Shown piece after piece: positions 7,360 to 16,864 of a stretch of DNA of 42,203 nt. The position numbers were made by a program, and so were the translations under genes. Source of the stretch: a bacterium (GTDB taxonomy: Bacteria > Bacillota_I > Bacilli_A > Acholeplasmatales > Anaeroplasmataceae); NCBI GenBank assembly GCA_963588755.1, contig CAVAIM010000001.1:1-42203 (forward strand), in the 5' to 3' direction. Every line of letters starts with the position of its first letter. Position 1 is the first letter of the stretch. The notes under the pieces were generated by a model. The model was given only the letters and a program-made list of their open reading frames with translations, made no database searches and was not told where the DNA came from.

Positions 7360-7397
7360 GCTTTTTATTTTGCCGATGCTTTTTGCATATTGCCGAT
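7360..7397 (+). repeat. imperfect tandem direct repeat carrying two TTGCCGAT boxes
   Basis: The units are GCTTTTTATTTTGCCGAT (7360-7377) and GCTTTTTGCATATTGCCGAT (7378-7397). A third TTGCCGAT is at 7549-7556, and an inverted ATTGCCGC is at 7332-7325. Confidence 0.5.
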
Positions 7398-7476
7398 ATA
7401 AAAAACTATAAAGATTATTATAAATAAGAAGAAGTAAACAAATTTAGGCACGTGAATTAAAATTTTAAAAAAACTA

Positions 7477-7505
7477 TTGCATTCTATATTTCTTTGTGAT
7501 AGAAT
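7477..7505 (+). promoter_or_regulatory. S10-operon sigma-A promoter, TTGCAT-17 nt-TGaTAGAAT (extended -10)
   Basis: -35 TTGCAT at 7477-7482, TG at 7497-7498 and -10 TAGAAT at 7500-7505. The predicted TSS is near 7512, giving a leader of about 130 nt. Confidence 0.65.
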
Positions 7506-7551
7506 GGAAAGGCTTATGGATAAAAGCACATGGCTGTGAAGTGGAAGGTTG

Positions 7552-7594
7552 CCGATACGCCGAAAAGCGTTGTCATACAGAGTGTCGGGTTTTT
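7552..7594 (+). promoter_or_regulatory. candidate leader attenuator hairpin upstream of rpsJ
   Basis: CCGATAC (7552-7558) pairs with GTGTCGG (7582-7588) with one G-U pair. G plus TTTTT (7590-7594) follows, about 50 nt before the rpsJ start. Confidence 0.35.
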
Positions 7595-7644
7595 CCATGG
7601 AGCAAGTCTATACAAGATTATAGGCGAAAGGAGTATTAAATATT

Positions 7645-7953
7645 ATGGCACAAGAAAAAATTAGAATTCGTTTAAAATCTTATGATCACAGATTATTAGA
7701 TCAATCTGCACAAAAGATCGTTGAAACAGTAAAGAAGGCAGGTTCTACAGTAAATGGACCAATTCCTCTTCCAACAGATAAGGAAATCTTCACTATTCTT
7801 CGTTCTCCACACGTAAACAAAGATTCACGTGAACAATTCGAAAGAAGAACTCATAAGAGATTAATCGAAATTGTGGCTCCAAACCCACAAACAATCGATG
7901 CTTTAATGCACATCAACTTACCTAGCGGTGTTGATATCGTGTTAAAGAAGTAG
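7645..7953 (+). CDS. rpsJ: 30S ribosomal protein S10
   Basis: [21 protein letters not shown]..., a strong SD, and first position in the conserved cluster. Confidence 0.97.
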   Translation: MAQEKIRIRLKSYDHRLLDQSAQKIVETVKKAGSTVNGPIPLPTDKEIFTILRSPHVNKDSREQFERRTHKRLIEIVAPNPQTIDALMHINLPSGVDIVLKK

Positions 7954-7991
7954 TTTTAAAATTTTTAAATTAAGAAAGGTGTAATTAACTC

Positions 7992-8642
7992 ATGGCTAAG
8001 GGAATCTTAGGAAGAAAATTGGGCATGACTCAAATTTTCGATGCAAAGGGAACTCTAGTTCCTGTTACAATTATTGATTGCTCACAAAACGTTGTTCTTC
8101 AACAAAAGACAGTTGAAACAGACGGTTATGTAGCAACAAAGATCGGTTTCGTTGACAAACGTGAAAGCCTAGCAAACAATTGTGAAAAGGGTATTGCTAA
8201 GAAAGCAAATACTGCTCCTAAGCGCTTCGTAAAAGAAATTCGTTTCTCAGTACAAGCACAAGGAGAAAATGTTCTAGCTGCTTATCAAGTTGGTCAAGAG
8301 ATTAAATGTGATATTTTCGCTGCTGGTGACGTAATCGACGTTACTGGTACATCAAAGGGTAAAGGTTTTGCTGGTACTATCAAGAGATATAACCATCATA
8401 GACAACCTATGTCTCACGGTGTTTCTGCTTCTCATAGAGAAGTTGGTTCAATGGGTCCTATCAAAGGAAACATGAAAGGTAAGAAGATGCCAGGACATAT
8501 GGGATGCGACACTGTAACTCTTCAAAATTTATCAATCGCTTCAGTAGATGCTGAAAGACAATTAATTTTAATTAAGGGTAATGTACCTGGTCCAAAGAAC
8601 GGATTAGTTGAAATTAAGTCTGCAGTTAAGGCTACTAAGTAA
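7992..8642 (+). CDS. rplC: 50S ribosomal protein L3
   Basis: [17 protein letters not shown]... and the conserved gene order. Confidence 0.97.
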   Translation: MAKGILGRKLGMTQIFDAKGTLVPVTIIDCSQNVVLQQKTVETDGYVATKIGFVDKRESLANNCEKGIAKKANTAPKRFVKEIRFSVQAQGENVLAAYQVGQEIKCDIFAAGDVIDVTGTSKGKGFAGTIKRYNHHRQPMSHGVSASHREVGSMGPIKGNMKGKKMPGHMGCDTVTLQNLSIASVDAERQLILIKGNVPGPKNGLVEIKSAVKATK

Positions 8643-8661
8643 TTAGGAAGGAGATTTAAAT

Positions 8662-9285
8662 ATGTTAAAAGTTGCATTATTAAATCAATCTGGTTCAAAG
8701 ATTAAAGATTTAAAGTTAAATGAAGAAATCTTCGGAATCGAACCTAATCAACAAGTAGTTTACGATGTAGTAAACGCTCAAAGAGCTGCAATGCGTCAAG
8801 GTACTCATGACACTTTAACTCGTACAGAAGTACGTGGTGGTGGAAGAAAGCCTTGGAAGCAAAAAGGTACAGGTCATGCTCGTCAAGGATCAATCAATGC
8901 TCCACAATGGCGTCATGGTGGTATCGTATTTGGACCTACTCCAAGATCTTATGCTGTTAAGGTTAACGCTAAGGTTAGACAATTAGGTTTAAAGTCAGCT
9001 TTATCTTACCATGTTCAAAACAACACATTAACAGTTGTTGATGATGTTAAGTTTGACTCAATCAAGACTAAGAATTTCGTTGAATTCTTATCAAACATTA
9101 AGGCAGAAGGAAAGACAATCGTTTTAGTTTCTGAATTAACAGCAGAAGTATGCTTATCAGCAAGAAACATTTCAAACGTTTTCGTTTGCCCAGTAGATCA
9201 TTCTTCAGTATATGATATTCTTTCTTACAAGAATTTAGTATTAACTGAAGGTGCAGTAAAATACTTCGAGGAGGTTCTAGCATAA
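8662..9285 (+). CDS. rplD: 50S ribosomal protein L4
   Basis: The [20 protein letters not shown] motif and the gene order. Confidence 0.97.
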   Translation: MLKVALLNQSGSKIKDLKLNEEIFGIEPNQQVVYDVVNAQRAAMRQGTHDTLTRTEVRGGGRKPWKQKGTGHARQGSINAPQWRHGGIVFGPTPRSYAVKVNAKVRQLGLKSALSYHVQNNTLTVVDDVKFDSIKTKNFVEFLSNIKAEGKTIVLVSELTAEVCLSARNISNVFVCPVDHSSVYDILSYKNLVLTEGAVKYFEEVLA

Positions 9286-9286
9286 T

Positions 9287-9571
9287 ATGGAAATCTACAA
9301 CGTTATTAAAGAACCAATTATTACTGAAAAGTCAATGGCTTTAAAGGAAAAGGAAAACAAGTATACATTTGCTTGCGACGTTAAAGCTAACAAAATCGAA
9401 ATCAAAAATGCAGTTGAGAAATTCTTCAATGTTAAAGTTGTTTCAGTAGCAACTTTAAATGTTAAGCCAAAGGCAAAGACAGTTGGAAGATATGCTGGTT
9501 ATACTCAAGCATATAAGAAGGCTATCGTTAAACTTGCTGAAGGTAACAAGATTGACGCATTTGAATTATAA
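9287..9571 (+). CDS. rplW: 50S ribosomal protein L23
   Basis: [10 protein letters not shown]... and its position between rplD and rplB. Confidence 0.95.
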   Translation: MEIYNVIKEPIITEKSMALKEKENKYTFACDVKANKIEIKNAVEKFFNVKVVSVATLNVKPKAKTVGRYAGYTQAYKKAIVKLAEGNKIDAFEL

Positions 9572-9604
9572 TTAATTATATAGGAAATATTATAGGAGAT
9601 TATT

Positions 9605-10438
9605 ATGGCAATTAAAGTTTATAAACCAACTTCAAATGGTCACAGAAACATGTCAGTTTCTACATTCGAAGAAATTACAACAAGCACTCCTGAAAAATCA
9701 TTACTTGCTCCAATTAAGAGTAAGGGTGGAAGAAATAATACTGGTCTTGTAACTGTTCGTCACCAAGGTGGTGGAGTTAAGAGAAAATACAGAATTATTG
9801 ATTTCAAGAGAAATAAGGACAATGTTCCTGGTAAGGTTGCTACTATTGAGTACGATCCAAACAGAACATCAAACATCGCATTAATCGTTTATGCTGATGG
9901 TGAAAAGAGATATATCATTGCTCCATCAGGATTAACAGTTGGTATGACAGTTATCTCTGGTGAAACTGTTGACGTTAAGGTAGGTAATGCTTGCCCAATC
10001 ATCAACATCCCAGTTGGTACAGTTATTCACAACATCGAATTACACCCTGGTAAAGGTGGACAACTTGCTCGTTCAGCTGGTTCATCTGCTCAAATTCTAG
10101 GTCGTGATGAACGTTACGTTCTAGTACGTTTAACTAGTGGTGAAGTTCGTAAGGTTCTAGGTACTTGCCGTGCTACAATCGGTACAGTAGGTAATGAAGA
10201 TCATAGCTTAGTTCGTATCGGTAAAGCTGGTCGTGCTAGACATATGGGATTACGTCCTGAAGTTCGTGGTTCTGTAATGAACCCAGTTGATCACCCACAC
10301 GGAGGTGGAGAAGGTAAAGCTCCAATCGGACACAAGGCTCCAATGACTCCATGGGGTAAGAAGGCTCTAGGTGTTAAGACACGTAGAAATAAGAAGTCTT
10401 CTACAAAATTAATCGTTCGTAGAAGAAACGAAAAGTAA
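9605..10438 (+). CDS. rplB: 50S ribosomal protein L2
   Basis: [22 protein letters not shown] and [13 protein letters not shown] motifs. Confidence 0.97.
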   Translation: MAIKVYKPTSNGHRNMSVSTFEEITTSTPEKSLLAPIKSKGGRNNTGLVTVRHQGGGVKRKYRIIDFKRNKDNVPGKVATIEYDPNRTSNIALIVYADGEKRYIIAPSGLTVGMTVISGETVDVKVGNACPIINIPVGTVIHNIELHPGKGGQLARSAGSSAQILGRDERYVLVRLTSGEVRKVLGTCRATIGTVGNEDHSLVRIGKAGRARHMGLRPEVRGSVMNPVDHPHGGGEGKAPIGHKAPMTPWGKKALGVKTRRNKKSSTKLIVRRRNEK

Positions 10439-10456
10439 TCGAAGGAGGATAATTAA

Positions 10457-10729
10457 ATGGCTCGTTCAATTAAAAAAGGTCCATTCGTTGATGCTTCTCT
10501 AATGAAGAAAGTTGAAGCTCAAAATGCGGCTAAAGAAAATAAAGTAATTCAAACATGGTCACGTCGTTCTACAATTTTCCCATCATTCATCGGACACACT
10601 TTCGGTGTATATAATGGTCGTGAACACACTCCAGTTTATGTAACTGAAGATATGGTTGGTCACAAGTTAGGAGAATTCGCTCCAACTCGTACTTTCCATG
10701 GTCACAAGGCAGACGACAAGGCAGCTTAA
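10457..10729 (+). CDS. rpsS: 30S ribosomal protein S19
   Basis: [12 protein letters not shown]...[13 protein letters not shown]. Confidence 0.97.
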   Translation: MARSIKKGPFVDASLMKKVEAQNAAKENKVIQTWSRRSTIFPSFIGHTFGVYNGREHTPVYVTEDMVGHKLGEFAPTRTFHGHKADDKAA

Positions 10730-10746
10730 TAGGAGGGTAATGAATT

Positions 10747-11082
10747 ATGGATGTTAAAGCAATTTCTAAATCAGTTCGTTCTACTCCACGTAAGGCTCGT
10801 CTTGTAGTAGATATGATTCGTGGTAAGAACGTTAATGAAGCATTCGGTATTTTAGCATTTACTAATAAGACTGTATGCGAAGACGTTGAAAAAGTATTAA
10901 AATCTGCAGTTTCAAATGCAGTTAACAATAACAAGCTTGATATTAACAAGCTTTATGTAAAAGAAATCTACGTTGGTGATGCAATGCGTATGAGACGTAT
11001 GATGCCAAGAGCTAAGGGTTCTGGTGACATCGTTACAAAGAGACTTTGCAATATTACTGTAGTAGTTTCAGAAAGAGATTAG
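10747..11082 (+). CDS. rplV: 50S ribosomal protein L22
   Basis: RSTPRKARLVVDMIRGK motif and the gene order. Confidence 0.96.
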   Translation: MDVKAISKSVRSTPRKARLVVDMIRGKNVNEAFGILAFTNKTVCEDVEKVLKSAVSNAVNNNKLDINKLYVKEIYVGDAMRMRRMMPRAKGSGDIVTKRLCNITVVVSERD

Positions 11083-11094
11083 GAGGACACACAC

Positions 11095-11886
11095 ATGGGT
11101 CAAAAGGTAAGTCCAAAAGGATTACGTATTGGTGTTAACCGTGAATGGGATGCTCAATGGTATGCTGGTAAGAATGAAGTAGCTGATCTATTATTAGAAG
11201 ATCAAAAGATTCGTAAGTTCTTAAGCACAACATATGCTAAGGCTCAAGTTTCACGTGTTGTTATCGAACGTCTTAAAGGAACAGATAAAGATATAGTTAG
11301 CATTACTGTTTATACAGCTAAACCAGGTGTTGTAATCGGTCGTGATGCTGAAACAAAGAACAATACAGTTAAACAACTAGAAAAGTTAACTAACAAGAGC
11401 GTTCGTATGAATGTTGTTGAAGTTAAGAAGCCAGATCTAGACGCTACTTTAGTTGCAAGATCAATCGCTGAACAACTTGAAGCTCGTGCTTCTTTCCGTA
11501 GAGTTCAAAAGATTGCTCAACAAAGAGCTATGAAGGCTGGAGCAAAGGGTATCAAAACTCTTATCTCAGGTCGTCTAGGTGGAGCTGAAATCGCTCGTGG
11601 TGAAGGTTATTCAGTAGGTCAAGTACCTCTTCAAACATTACGTGCAGATCTTGATTATGCATGGGATGAAGCTCATACTACTTATGGTAAGCTTGGTATT
11701 AAAGTATGGATCTACAAGGGTGAAGTTTTAAACTTAAAGAAAGCCCAAGAAAAGAAAGCCCAAGAAGAAAAGGCTTTAAGAGATGAAAGAGCTAAGCGTC
11801 AAAACCGTAATGGTGACAAGAAGCAAGCTAGACCATCTCGTCCACATAAGAACAATAATGACAAATCTTCTGAAGGAGGTAAGTAA
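11095..11886 (+). CDS. rpsC: 30S ribosomal protein S3 with Lys/Glu-rich C-terminal extension
   Basis: [24 protein letters not shown]... The protein is 263 aa, with a charged tail of about 45 aa that contains a 15-nt tandem duplication at 11737-11766. Confidence 0.97.
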   Translation: MGQKVSPKGLRIGVNREWDAQWYAGKNEVADLLLEDQKIRKFLSTTYAKAQVSRVVIERLKGTDKDIVSITVYTAKPGVVIGRDAETKNNTVKQLEKLTNKSVRMNVVEVKKPDLDATLVARSIAEQLEARASFRRVQKIAQQRAMKAGAKGIKTLISGRLGGAEIARGEGYSVGQVPLQTLRADLDYAWDEAHTTYGKLGIKVWIYKGEVLNLKKAQEKKAQEEKALRDERAKRQNRNGDKKQARPSRPHKNNNDKSSEGGK

Positions 11887-11888
11887 TT

Positions 11889-12296
11889 ATGTTAATGCCT
11901 AAAAGAGTAAAGTATCGTAGACCACACAGAGTTTATTATCATGGTAAAGCTAAAGGTAATACTTCTGTAGACTTTGGTACATATGGTTTAATGGCAACTG
12001 ATGGTGCTTGGTTAACTACTAACCAAATCGAAGCTGCCCGTGTTGCGATCACACGTACTATGGATCGTCAAGGAAAACTATGGATTAGAGTTTTCCCACA
12101 ACTATCTAAGACTAAGAAGCCTCTTGCTGTACGTATGGGTTCAGGTAAGGGTTCTCCAGAATCTTGGGTTGCTGTTGTAAAGAAAAATACAATCTTATTC
12201 GAAGTTGCTGAAGTTTCAGAGGATATCGCTCGTGAAGCATTCCGTCTAGCTGGACATAAGCTTCCTATCGGAACTAAGTTTGTTAAGAAAGCATAG
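11889..12296 (+). CDS. rplP: 50S ribosomal protein L16
   Basis: [14 protein letters not shown]... Confidence 0.97.
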   Translation: MLMPKRVKYRRPHRVYYHGKAKGNTSVDFGTYGLMATDGAWLTTNQIEAARVAITRTMDRQGKLWIRVFPQLSKTKKPLAVRMGSGKGSPESWVAVVKKNTILFEVAEVSEDIAREAFRLAGHKLPIGTKFVKKA

Positions 12297-12306
12297 GTGA
12301 CGAGTA

Positions 12307-12504
12307 ATGAAAAATAAAGAAATTCGTAATCTTTCAGTAGAAGAGCTTAACAAGCAAATCGTTGAACTTAAGGATGAATTATTCAATCTTAAGCTTCAAG
12401 CTTCTCTAAATCAATTATCTAACACTGCTCGCATCGCGCAGGTTAAAAAGACTATCGCTAGAATGAAGACAGTTTTAGCTGAAAAAAATCATGAAGTAAG
12501 ATAA
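12307..12504 (+). CDS. rpmC: 50S ribosomal protein L29
   Basis: 65 aa, with [23 protein letters not shown], and the gene order. Confidence 0.95.
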   Translation: MKNKEIRNLSVEELNKQIVELKDELFNLKLQASLNQLSNTARIAQVKKTIARMKTVLAEKNHEVR

Positions 12505-12516
12505 GGAGGATAAAAC

Positions 12517-12780
12517 ATGGAAGAACGTAACAGTCGTAAAACATTTACTGGAGTTGTTTCATCTGTAAAGTGTGATAAGACAATCACAGTAGTTGTTGAT
12601 ACTTATAAAAAAGATAGATTATACGGTAAACGTGTTAAATTATCTAGTAAATTACATGCTCATGACGAAAACAATGTTGCTAAAGTTGGTGACACTGTTA
12701 AAATTATGGAAACTAGACCTTTATCAAAGACAAAGAGATATACTCTTGTGTCAGTAGTAAAGACTAGTGAAAATCTATAA
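12517..12780 (+). CDS. rpsQ: 30S ribosomal protein S17
   Basis: [21 protein letters not shown]...YGKRVK...HDENN. Confidence 0.96.
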   Translation: MEERNSRKTFTGVVSSVKCDKTITVVVDTYKKDRLYGKRVKLSSKLHAHDENNVAKVGDTVKIMETRPLSKTKRYTLVSVVKTSENL

Positions 12781-12807
12781 TTCTGGTTCTTGAAAGGAGG
12801 CAGTCTC

Positions 12808-13176
12808 ATGGTTCAACAAGAAACAAGACTTGCAGTAGCTGACAATTCAGGTGCTCGTGAGTTATTAATAATTAAAATTTTAGGTGGTGCATTACACAGA
12901 TATGCTTCAGTTGGAGATATCGTTGTATGCGCTGTTAAGGATGCCATTCCTAACGCTGCTATTAAAAAAGGTGACGTTGTGAAGGCAGTTATCGTACGTA
13001 CAAAGGCTGGTATTAGAAGAGCTGATGGATCTTATATCAAATTTGATGAAAACGCTGCTGTTATCATCAATGCTGACAAGAATCCTAAGGGAACTCGTAT
13101 CTTCGGACCAGTAGCTCGTGAGCTTCGTGATCATGGATATATGAAGATCGTATCACTTGCTCCTGAAGTACTATAA
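12808..13176 (+). CDS. rplN: 50S ribosomal protein L14
   Basis: [16 protein letters not shown] at ATG 12808, preceded by AAGGAGG. The track start TTG 12790 sits inside the SD and was rejected. The product is 122 aa, as expected. Confidence 0.95.
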   Translation: MVQQETRLAVADNSGARELLIIKILGGALHRYASVGDIVVCAVKDAIPNAAIKKGDVVKAVIVRTKAGIRRADGSYIKFDENAAVIINADKNPKGTRIFGPVARELRDHGYMKIVSLAPEVL

Positions 13177-13189
13177 GGAGGTTCACTAT

Positions 13190-13531
13190 ATGGATATTAA
13201 AAAAGGTGACACAGTCGTTGTTATTTCTGGAAAAGATAAATTCCAAATTGATAATAAGGGTAACAAAACTTTAAAATCTGGTAAGGTTTTAAAGGTTAAC
13301 CCAAAAGATAATACAGTCGTTGTTGAAGGTATTAACAAAGTTAAGAAGCACGTTAAGCCAAGCCAAACTAACCAAACAGGTAGCATCGTTGAAGTTGAAG
13401 CTCCAATCGCTGCATGCAAGGTAGCTATTCTTGACCCAAAGAAAAAGGTTCCAACTCGTGTTTCACACACTACAGATGAAAAAGGTAACAAAGTTAGAGT
13501 TACTAAGAAGTCTGGTACAATTTTAAAGTAA
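13190..13531 (+). CDS. rplX: 50S ribosomal protein L24
   Basis: MDIKKGDTVVVISGKDK (KOW motif) at ATG 13190 after AAGGAGG. The track start 13157 overlaps rplN. Confidence 0.94.
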   Translation: MDIKKGDTVVVISGKDKFQIDNKGNKTLKSGKVLKVNPKDNTVVVEGINKVKKHVKPSQTNQTGSIVEVEAPIAACKVAILDPKKKVPTRVSHTTDEKGNKVRVTKKSGTILK

Positions 13532-13546
13532 TAGGAGAACAAAGGT

Positions 13547-14089
13547 ATGAATCGTTTATTAGAAAAATATAATACTCAAGTTAAACCTGAACTTCAAAAG
13601 AAGTTTAACTATACATCACCAATGCAAACTCCAAAGATTGTTAAAATTGTAATTAACATGGGTCTTGGTGATGCAGTAGCTAATTCTAAGGTTTTAGATG
13701 AAGCAGTAGAAGAATTAACTGCTATTGCAGGTCAAAAGCCAGTTGTAACTAAAGCTAAGAAGTCAATCGCTAGCTTCAAGTTACGTGAAGGTATGCCTAT
13801 CGGTTGCAAGGTAACATTAAGAGGAGAAAAGATGTATGAGTTCTTTGATAAGCTTGTATCAATCGCTCTTCCACGTGTTCGTGATTTCCATGGTATTTCA
13901 GCTGACTCATTTGACGGTCGTGGTAACTACACATTAGGTGTTAAAGAACAATTAATCTTCCCTGAAATCAATTTCGATAAGGTTAAGAAGATTAGAGGTA
14001 TGGACATCGTTATCGTTACTACAGCTAATACTGATGAAGAAGGACGTACTTTATTAGGTTTAATGGGTATGCCTTTTAAGAAGAAATAA
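13547..14089 (+). CDS. rplE: 50S ribosomal protein L5
   Basis: [22 protein letters not shown]... Confidence 0.97.
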   Translation: MNRLLEKYNTQVKPELQKKFNYTSPMQTPKIVKIVINMGLGDAVANSKVLDEAVEELTAIAGQKPVVTKAKKSIASFKLREGMPIGCKVTLRGEKMYEFFDKLVSIALPRVRDFHGISADSFDGRGNYTLGVKEQLIFPEINFDKVKKIRGMDIVIVTTANTDEEGRTLLGLMGMPFKKK

Positions 14090-14106
14090 TTGAGAGGACA
14101 AATATT

Positions 14107-14292
14107 ATGGCAAAAACATCACAAATCGTTAGAAACCATAGAAAAGCAAAGTTTGGTGTTCGTGAATACACTCGTTGCGAGCGTTGCGGACGTCCTCATG
14201 CTGTATATGGTAAGTTTAAATTATGCCGTGTTTGCTTCCGTGAATTAGCTTACAAGGGTGAAATCCCTGGCGTTAAAAAAGCAAGCTGGTAA
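14107..14292 (+). CDS. rpsZ: 30S ribosomal protein S14 type Z (zinc-binding)
   Basis: 61 aa, with [20 protein letters not shown] (two CxxC pairs). Confidence 0.96.
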   Translation: MAKTSQIVRNHRKAKFGVREYTRCERCGRPHAVYGKFKLCRVCFRELAYKGEIPGVKKASW

Positions 14293-14323
14293 TCATTTTT
14301 CCAAATGGAAGGAGGAATTAATT

Positions 14324-14719
14324 ATGAGTATGACAGATCCAATTGCAGATATGCTTACACGTATTAGAAATGCAAGCAGTATGCGTTCAGAAACTGTTTC
14401 AATGCCTGCTTCAAAAGCTAAGAACGCTATTTTAGACGTTTTAGTTCAAGAAGGATACATTGACAGCTATAAAAATGAAACAAATGATAATAAAACAGTA
14501 ACAACAGTTACTTTAAAGTATTCTCATGGCCAATCAGTAATTAAGGGACTTAAGAGAGTTTCTAAGGTTGGTTTAAGAGTTTATGCAAAGGCTGAAGAAC
14601 TTCCACAAGTATTAAATGGTTTAGGTGTTGCAATCATCTCAACTTCTAACGGAGTTATGTCTGATAGAGAAGCACGTAAGCAAAATATTGGTGGCGAAGT
14701 TATCGCCTATGTTTGGTAA
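14324..14719 (+). CDS. rpsH: 30S ribosomal protein S8
   Basis: MSMTDPIADMLTRIRNA at ATG 14324 after GGAGGA. The track start 14258 overlaps rpsZ. Confidence 0.95.
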   Translation: MSMTDPIADMLTRIRNASSMRSETVSMPASKAKNAILDVLVQEGYIDSYKNETNDNKTVTTVTLKYSHGQSVIKGLKRVSKVGLRVYAKAEELPQVLNGLGVAIISTSNGVMSDREARKQNIGGEVIAYVW

Positions 14720-14738
14720 TATTTAGGAGGTATAAAAT

Positions 14739-15278
14739 ATGTCACGTATTGGTAAGAAAATTATTACTATACCTTCAGGTGTTACAGTTACAAAGAACGG
14801 TAACGTAGTTACTGTTAAAGGACCTAAGGGTGAATTAACTCAAACAATCGACTCTCGTGTTGATTTCGAGTTAAAAGATAATGAATTAACATTAATCGCT
14901 GATAACAATGATAAGGTAGCTAACATGATGCATGGTACAACTAGAGCTAATGTTGCTAACATGATCACTGGTGTATCAGTAGGATTTACAAAAACATTAG
15001 AAATCGTTGGTGTAGGTTACCGTGCAGAATTAAAGGGTACTAAGTTAATCCTTTCTCTAGGTTATTCTCACCCAGTTGAATTCGACGTTCCAGAAGGAAT
15101 TTCAGTTGAAGTAATCAAGGGTGTTAAAGTTAATGTTTCTGGTGTAAATAAGCAAGCTGTTGGTCAATTTGCGGCTAATATTCGTTCAATGAGAGAACCT
15201 GAACCATATCATGGAAAAGGTATTCACTACTCTGATGAACATGTTCGTCGTAAAGAAGGTAAGACAGCTAAGAAGTAA
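14739..15278 (+). CDS. rplF: 50S ribosomal protein L6
   Basis: MSRIGKKIITIPSGVTV... Confidence 0.97.
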   Translation: MSRIGKKIITIPSGVTVTKNGNVVTVKGPKGELTQTIDSRVDFELKDNELTLIADNNDKVANMMHGTTRANVANMITGVSVGFTKTLEIVGVGYRAELKGTKLILSLGYSHPVEFDVPEGISVEVIKGVKVNVSGVNKQAVGQFAANIRSMREPEPYHGKGIHYSDEHVRRKEGKTAKK

Positions 15279-15300
15279 TAGAAAGGAGTACTAAAATAAT

Positions 15301-15657
15301 ATGATTAGTCAAGTATCAAGAAATTCAAAGCGTGAAGCAAGACATTTACGTATTAGACAAACTATCGTAGGTACTGCATCAAAACCACGTTTAAACGTTT
15401 TCCGTTCTAACAAAGGAATTTATGTTCAAATTATTGATGATGAAGCTGGTAAGACATTATGCAGTGCTTCTTCACTAGACAAAGAAATCGCTTCAGGTAA
15501 TAAGACTGAAACTGCAGCTGCAGTTGGTACTCTTATTGCTAAGCGTGCTCTTGCTTTAAATATCGAAAACGTAGTATTTGACCGTGGTGGTTATTTATAT
15601 CATGGTCGTGTTAAGGCTTTAGCTGACGCAGCTCGTCAAGCTGGCTTAAAATTCTAG
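15301..15657 (+). CDS. rplR: 50S ribosomal protein L18
   Basis: [34 protein letters not shown]. Confidence 0.97.
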   Translation: MISQVSRNSKREARHLRIRQTIVGTASKPRLNVFRSNKGIYVQIIDDEAGKTLCSASSLDKEIASGNKTETAAAVGTLIAKRALALNIENVVFDRGGYLYHGRVKALADAARQAGLKF

Positions 15658-15673
15658 TAAGGAGGAAAATCTC

Positions 15674-16189
15674 ATGTCTAAAGAACGCGAAGAAATTAAA
15701 GATGAACAACAAGATGAATTCGAAGAAAAAGTAGTTTCAATCAAGAGAGTTACAAAAGTTGTTAAAGGTGGTAAGCATTCTCGTTTTGCTGCACTTGTAG
15801 TTGTTGGAGATAAGAAGGGACACATCGGTTTCGGTGAAGGTAAGTCTACTGAAGTTCCTGATGCCATCAAAAAAGGTATTGAAAATGCTAAGAAGAACAT
15901 CGTTGCTGTTGAACTTAAGAACAACACAATTCCACATGCTGTAACTGGTGAATTCGGTGCTGGTAAAGTAGTATTACGTCCAGCTGTTCCAGGAACAGGT
16001 ATTGTTGCTGGTGGTTCAGTTCGTGCTATCCTTGAGTTAGCAGGTATCACAGACATTCTTTCAAAGAGCTTAGGATCAAAGACTCCTGTTAATGTAATTA
16101 GAGCTACATTTGAAGGTTTAAAGCAATTAGAATCAGCTGAACAAGTTGCTGCTCGTCGTGGTAAGACAGTTGCTGAGATTTTGGAGTAA
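15674..16189 (+). CDS. rpsE: 30S ribosomal protein S5
   Basis: [38 protein letters not shown]. Confidence 0.97.
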   Translation: MSKEREEIKDEQQDEFEEKVVSIKRVTKVVKGGKHSRFAALVVVGDKKGHIGFGEGKSTEVPDAIKKGIENAKKNIVAVELKNNTIPHAVTGEFGAGKVVLRPAVPGTGIVAGGSVRAILELAGITDILSKSLGSKTPVNVIRATFEGLKQLESAEQVAARRGKTVAEILE

Positions 16190-16193
16190 TATT

Positions 16194-16373
16194 ATGAAGA
16201 AATATCAGATCACATTAGTTAAGTCAATTAACGGTCAAAGACCAAACCAAGTTGCTACTGCTAAGACTTTAGGACTATCTCACATTGGTGATACAGTTGT
16301 TAAAGAAGAAAATGCTGCAATCAGAGGTATGTTAGTTACTATTGCACATTTAATCAAAGTTGTAGAACTTTAA
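16194..16373 (+). CDS. rpmD: 50S ribosomal protein L30
   Basis: MKKYQITLVKSINGQRPNQ at ATG 16194 (59 aa). The track start 16146 overlaps rpsE. Confidence 0.94.
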   Translation: MKKYQITLVKSINGQRPNQVATAKTLGLSHIGDTVVKEENAAIRGMLVTIAHLIKVVEL

Positions 16374-16420
16374 TTTAAAAAAGATTATAATTAAATAGAT
16401 AAACAAGGAGGTGCCTATAT

Positions 16421-16858
16421 ATGTTAAATCAATTAGCGCCAGTTGCTGGAGCAAGACACACAAGAAAGCGTGTCGGTAGAGGTATTGGAAGCGGATTAGG
16501 TAAGACTTCTGGTAGAGGAGAAAATGGACAAAACAGCCGTTCAGGTGGTGGTACTCGTCCAGGCTTCGAAGGTGGTCAATTACCATGGTTCCAACGTTTA
16601 CCAAAGCGTGGTTTCAAGAATATTAATAGAAAAGAATACGCTATTGTTAACCTTTCAGATTTAAATTTATTTGAAGATGGTTCAGTAGTTACTGTAGAAG
16701 AACTTTATGCTAAAGGTCTTGTAAAGAAAGTATTCGACGGTGTTAAGGTTCTTGGAAACGGTCAACTAGAAAAGAAACTTACAGTTAAGGCTAATAAGTT
16801 CTCTCAATCTGCTAAAGAAGCTATCACAAAAATCGGTGGTACAGTAGAGGAGATCTAA
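16421..16858 (+). CDS. rplO: 50S ribosomal protein L15
   Basis: [33 protein letters not shown]. Confidence 0.97.
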   Translation: MLNQLAPVAGARHTRKRVGRGIGSGLGKTSGRGENGQNSRSGGGTRPGFEGGQLPWFQRLPKRGFKNINRKEYAIVNLSDLNLFEDGSVVTVEELYAKGLVKKVFDGVKVLGNGQLEKKLTVKANKFSQSAKEAITKIGGTVEEI

Positions 16859-16864
16859 TAAGTC

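Noticed and set aside
7365-7598. 77-aa minus-strand ORF in the fic/rpsJ intergenic region
   Set aside because: It overlaps the predicted S10 promoter and leader and has no SD. Its sequence is low-complexity and hydrophobic (FFLFIIIFIVFY), typical of AT-rich noise. The region is better explained as regulatory DNA.
7504-7598. Long-range helix ATGGAAA (7504-7510) / TTTCCAT (7592-7598) closing the S10 leader
   Set aside because: The 5' arm overlaps the -10 element and lies upstream of the predicted transcription start near 7512. It would therefore not be part of the RNA.
10587-10949. 120-aa minus-strand ORF
   Set aside because: It is antisense to rpsS/rplV. The same logic applies to 9098-9283, 12907-13134, 13186-13542, 16350-16604, 16855-17040 and 19586-19771.
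12790-12807. Upstream-extended starts given by the ORF track for rplN, rplX (13157), rpsH (14258), rpmD (16146), infA (18916), tmk (27668), ricT (29265), the GGDEF/EAL gene (32221), metG (35041) and the lipoprotein (22834)
   Set aside because: In each case an internal ATG has a properly spaced SD and gives the canonical N-terminus and length. The extended starts overlap the preceding gene or sit within the SD itself.
15646-16056. 136-aa minus-strand ORF (and 15737-15937)
   Set aside because: It is antisense to rpsE, making it a shadow ORF of a highly expressed ribosomal gene.
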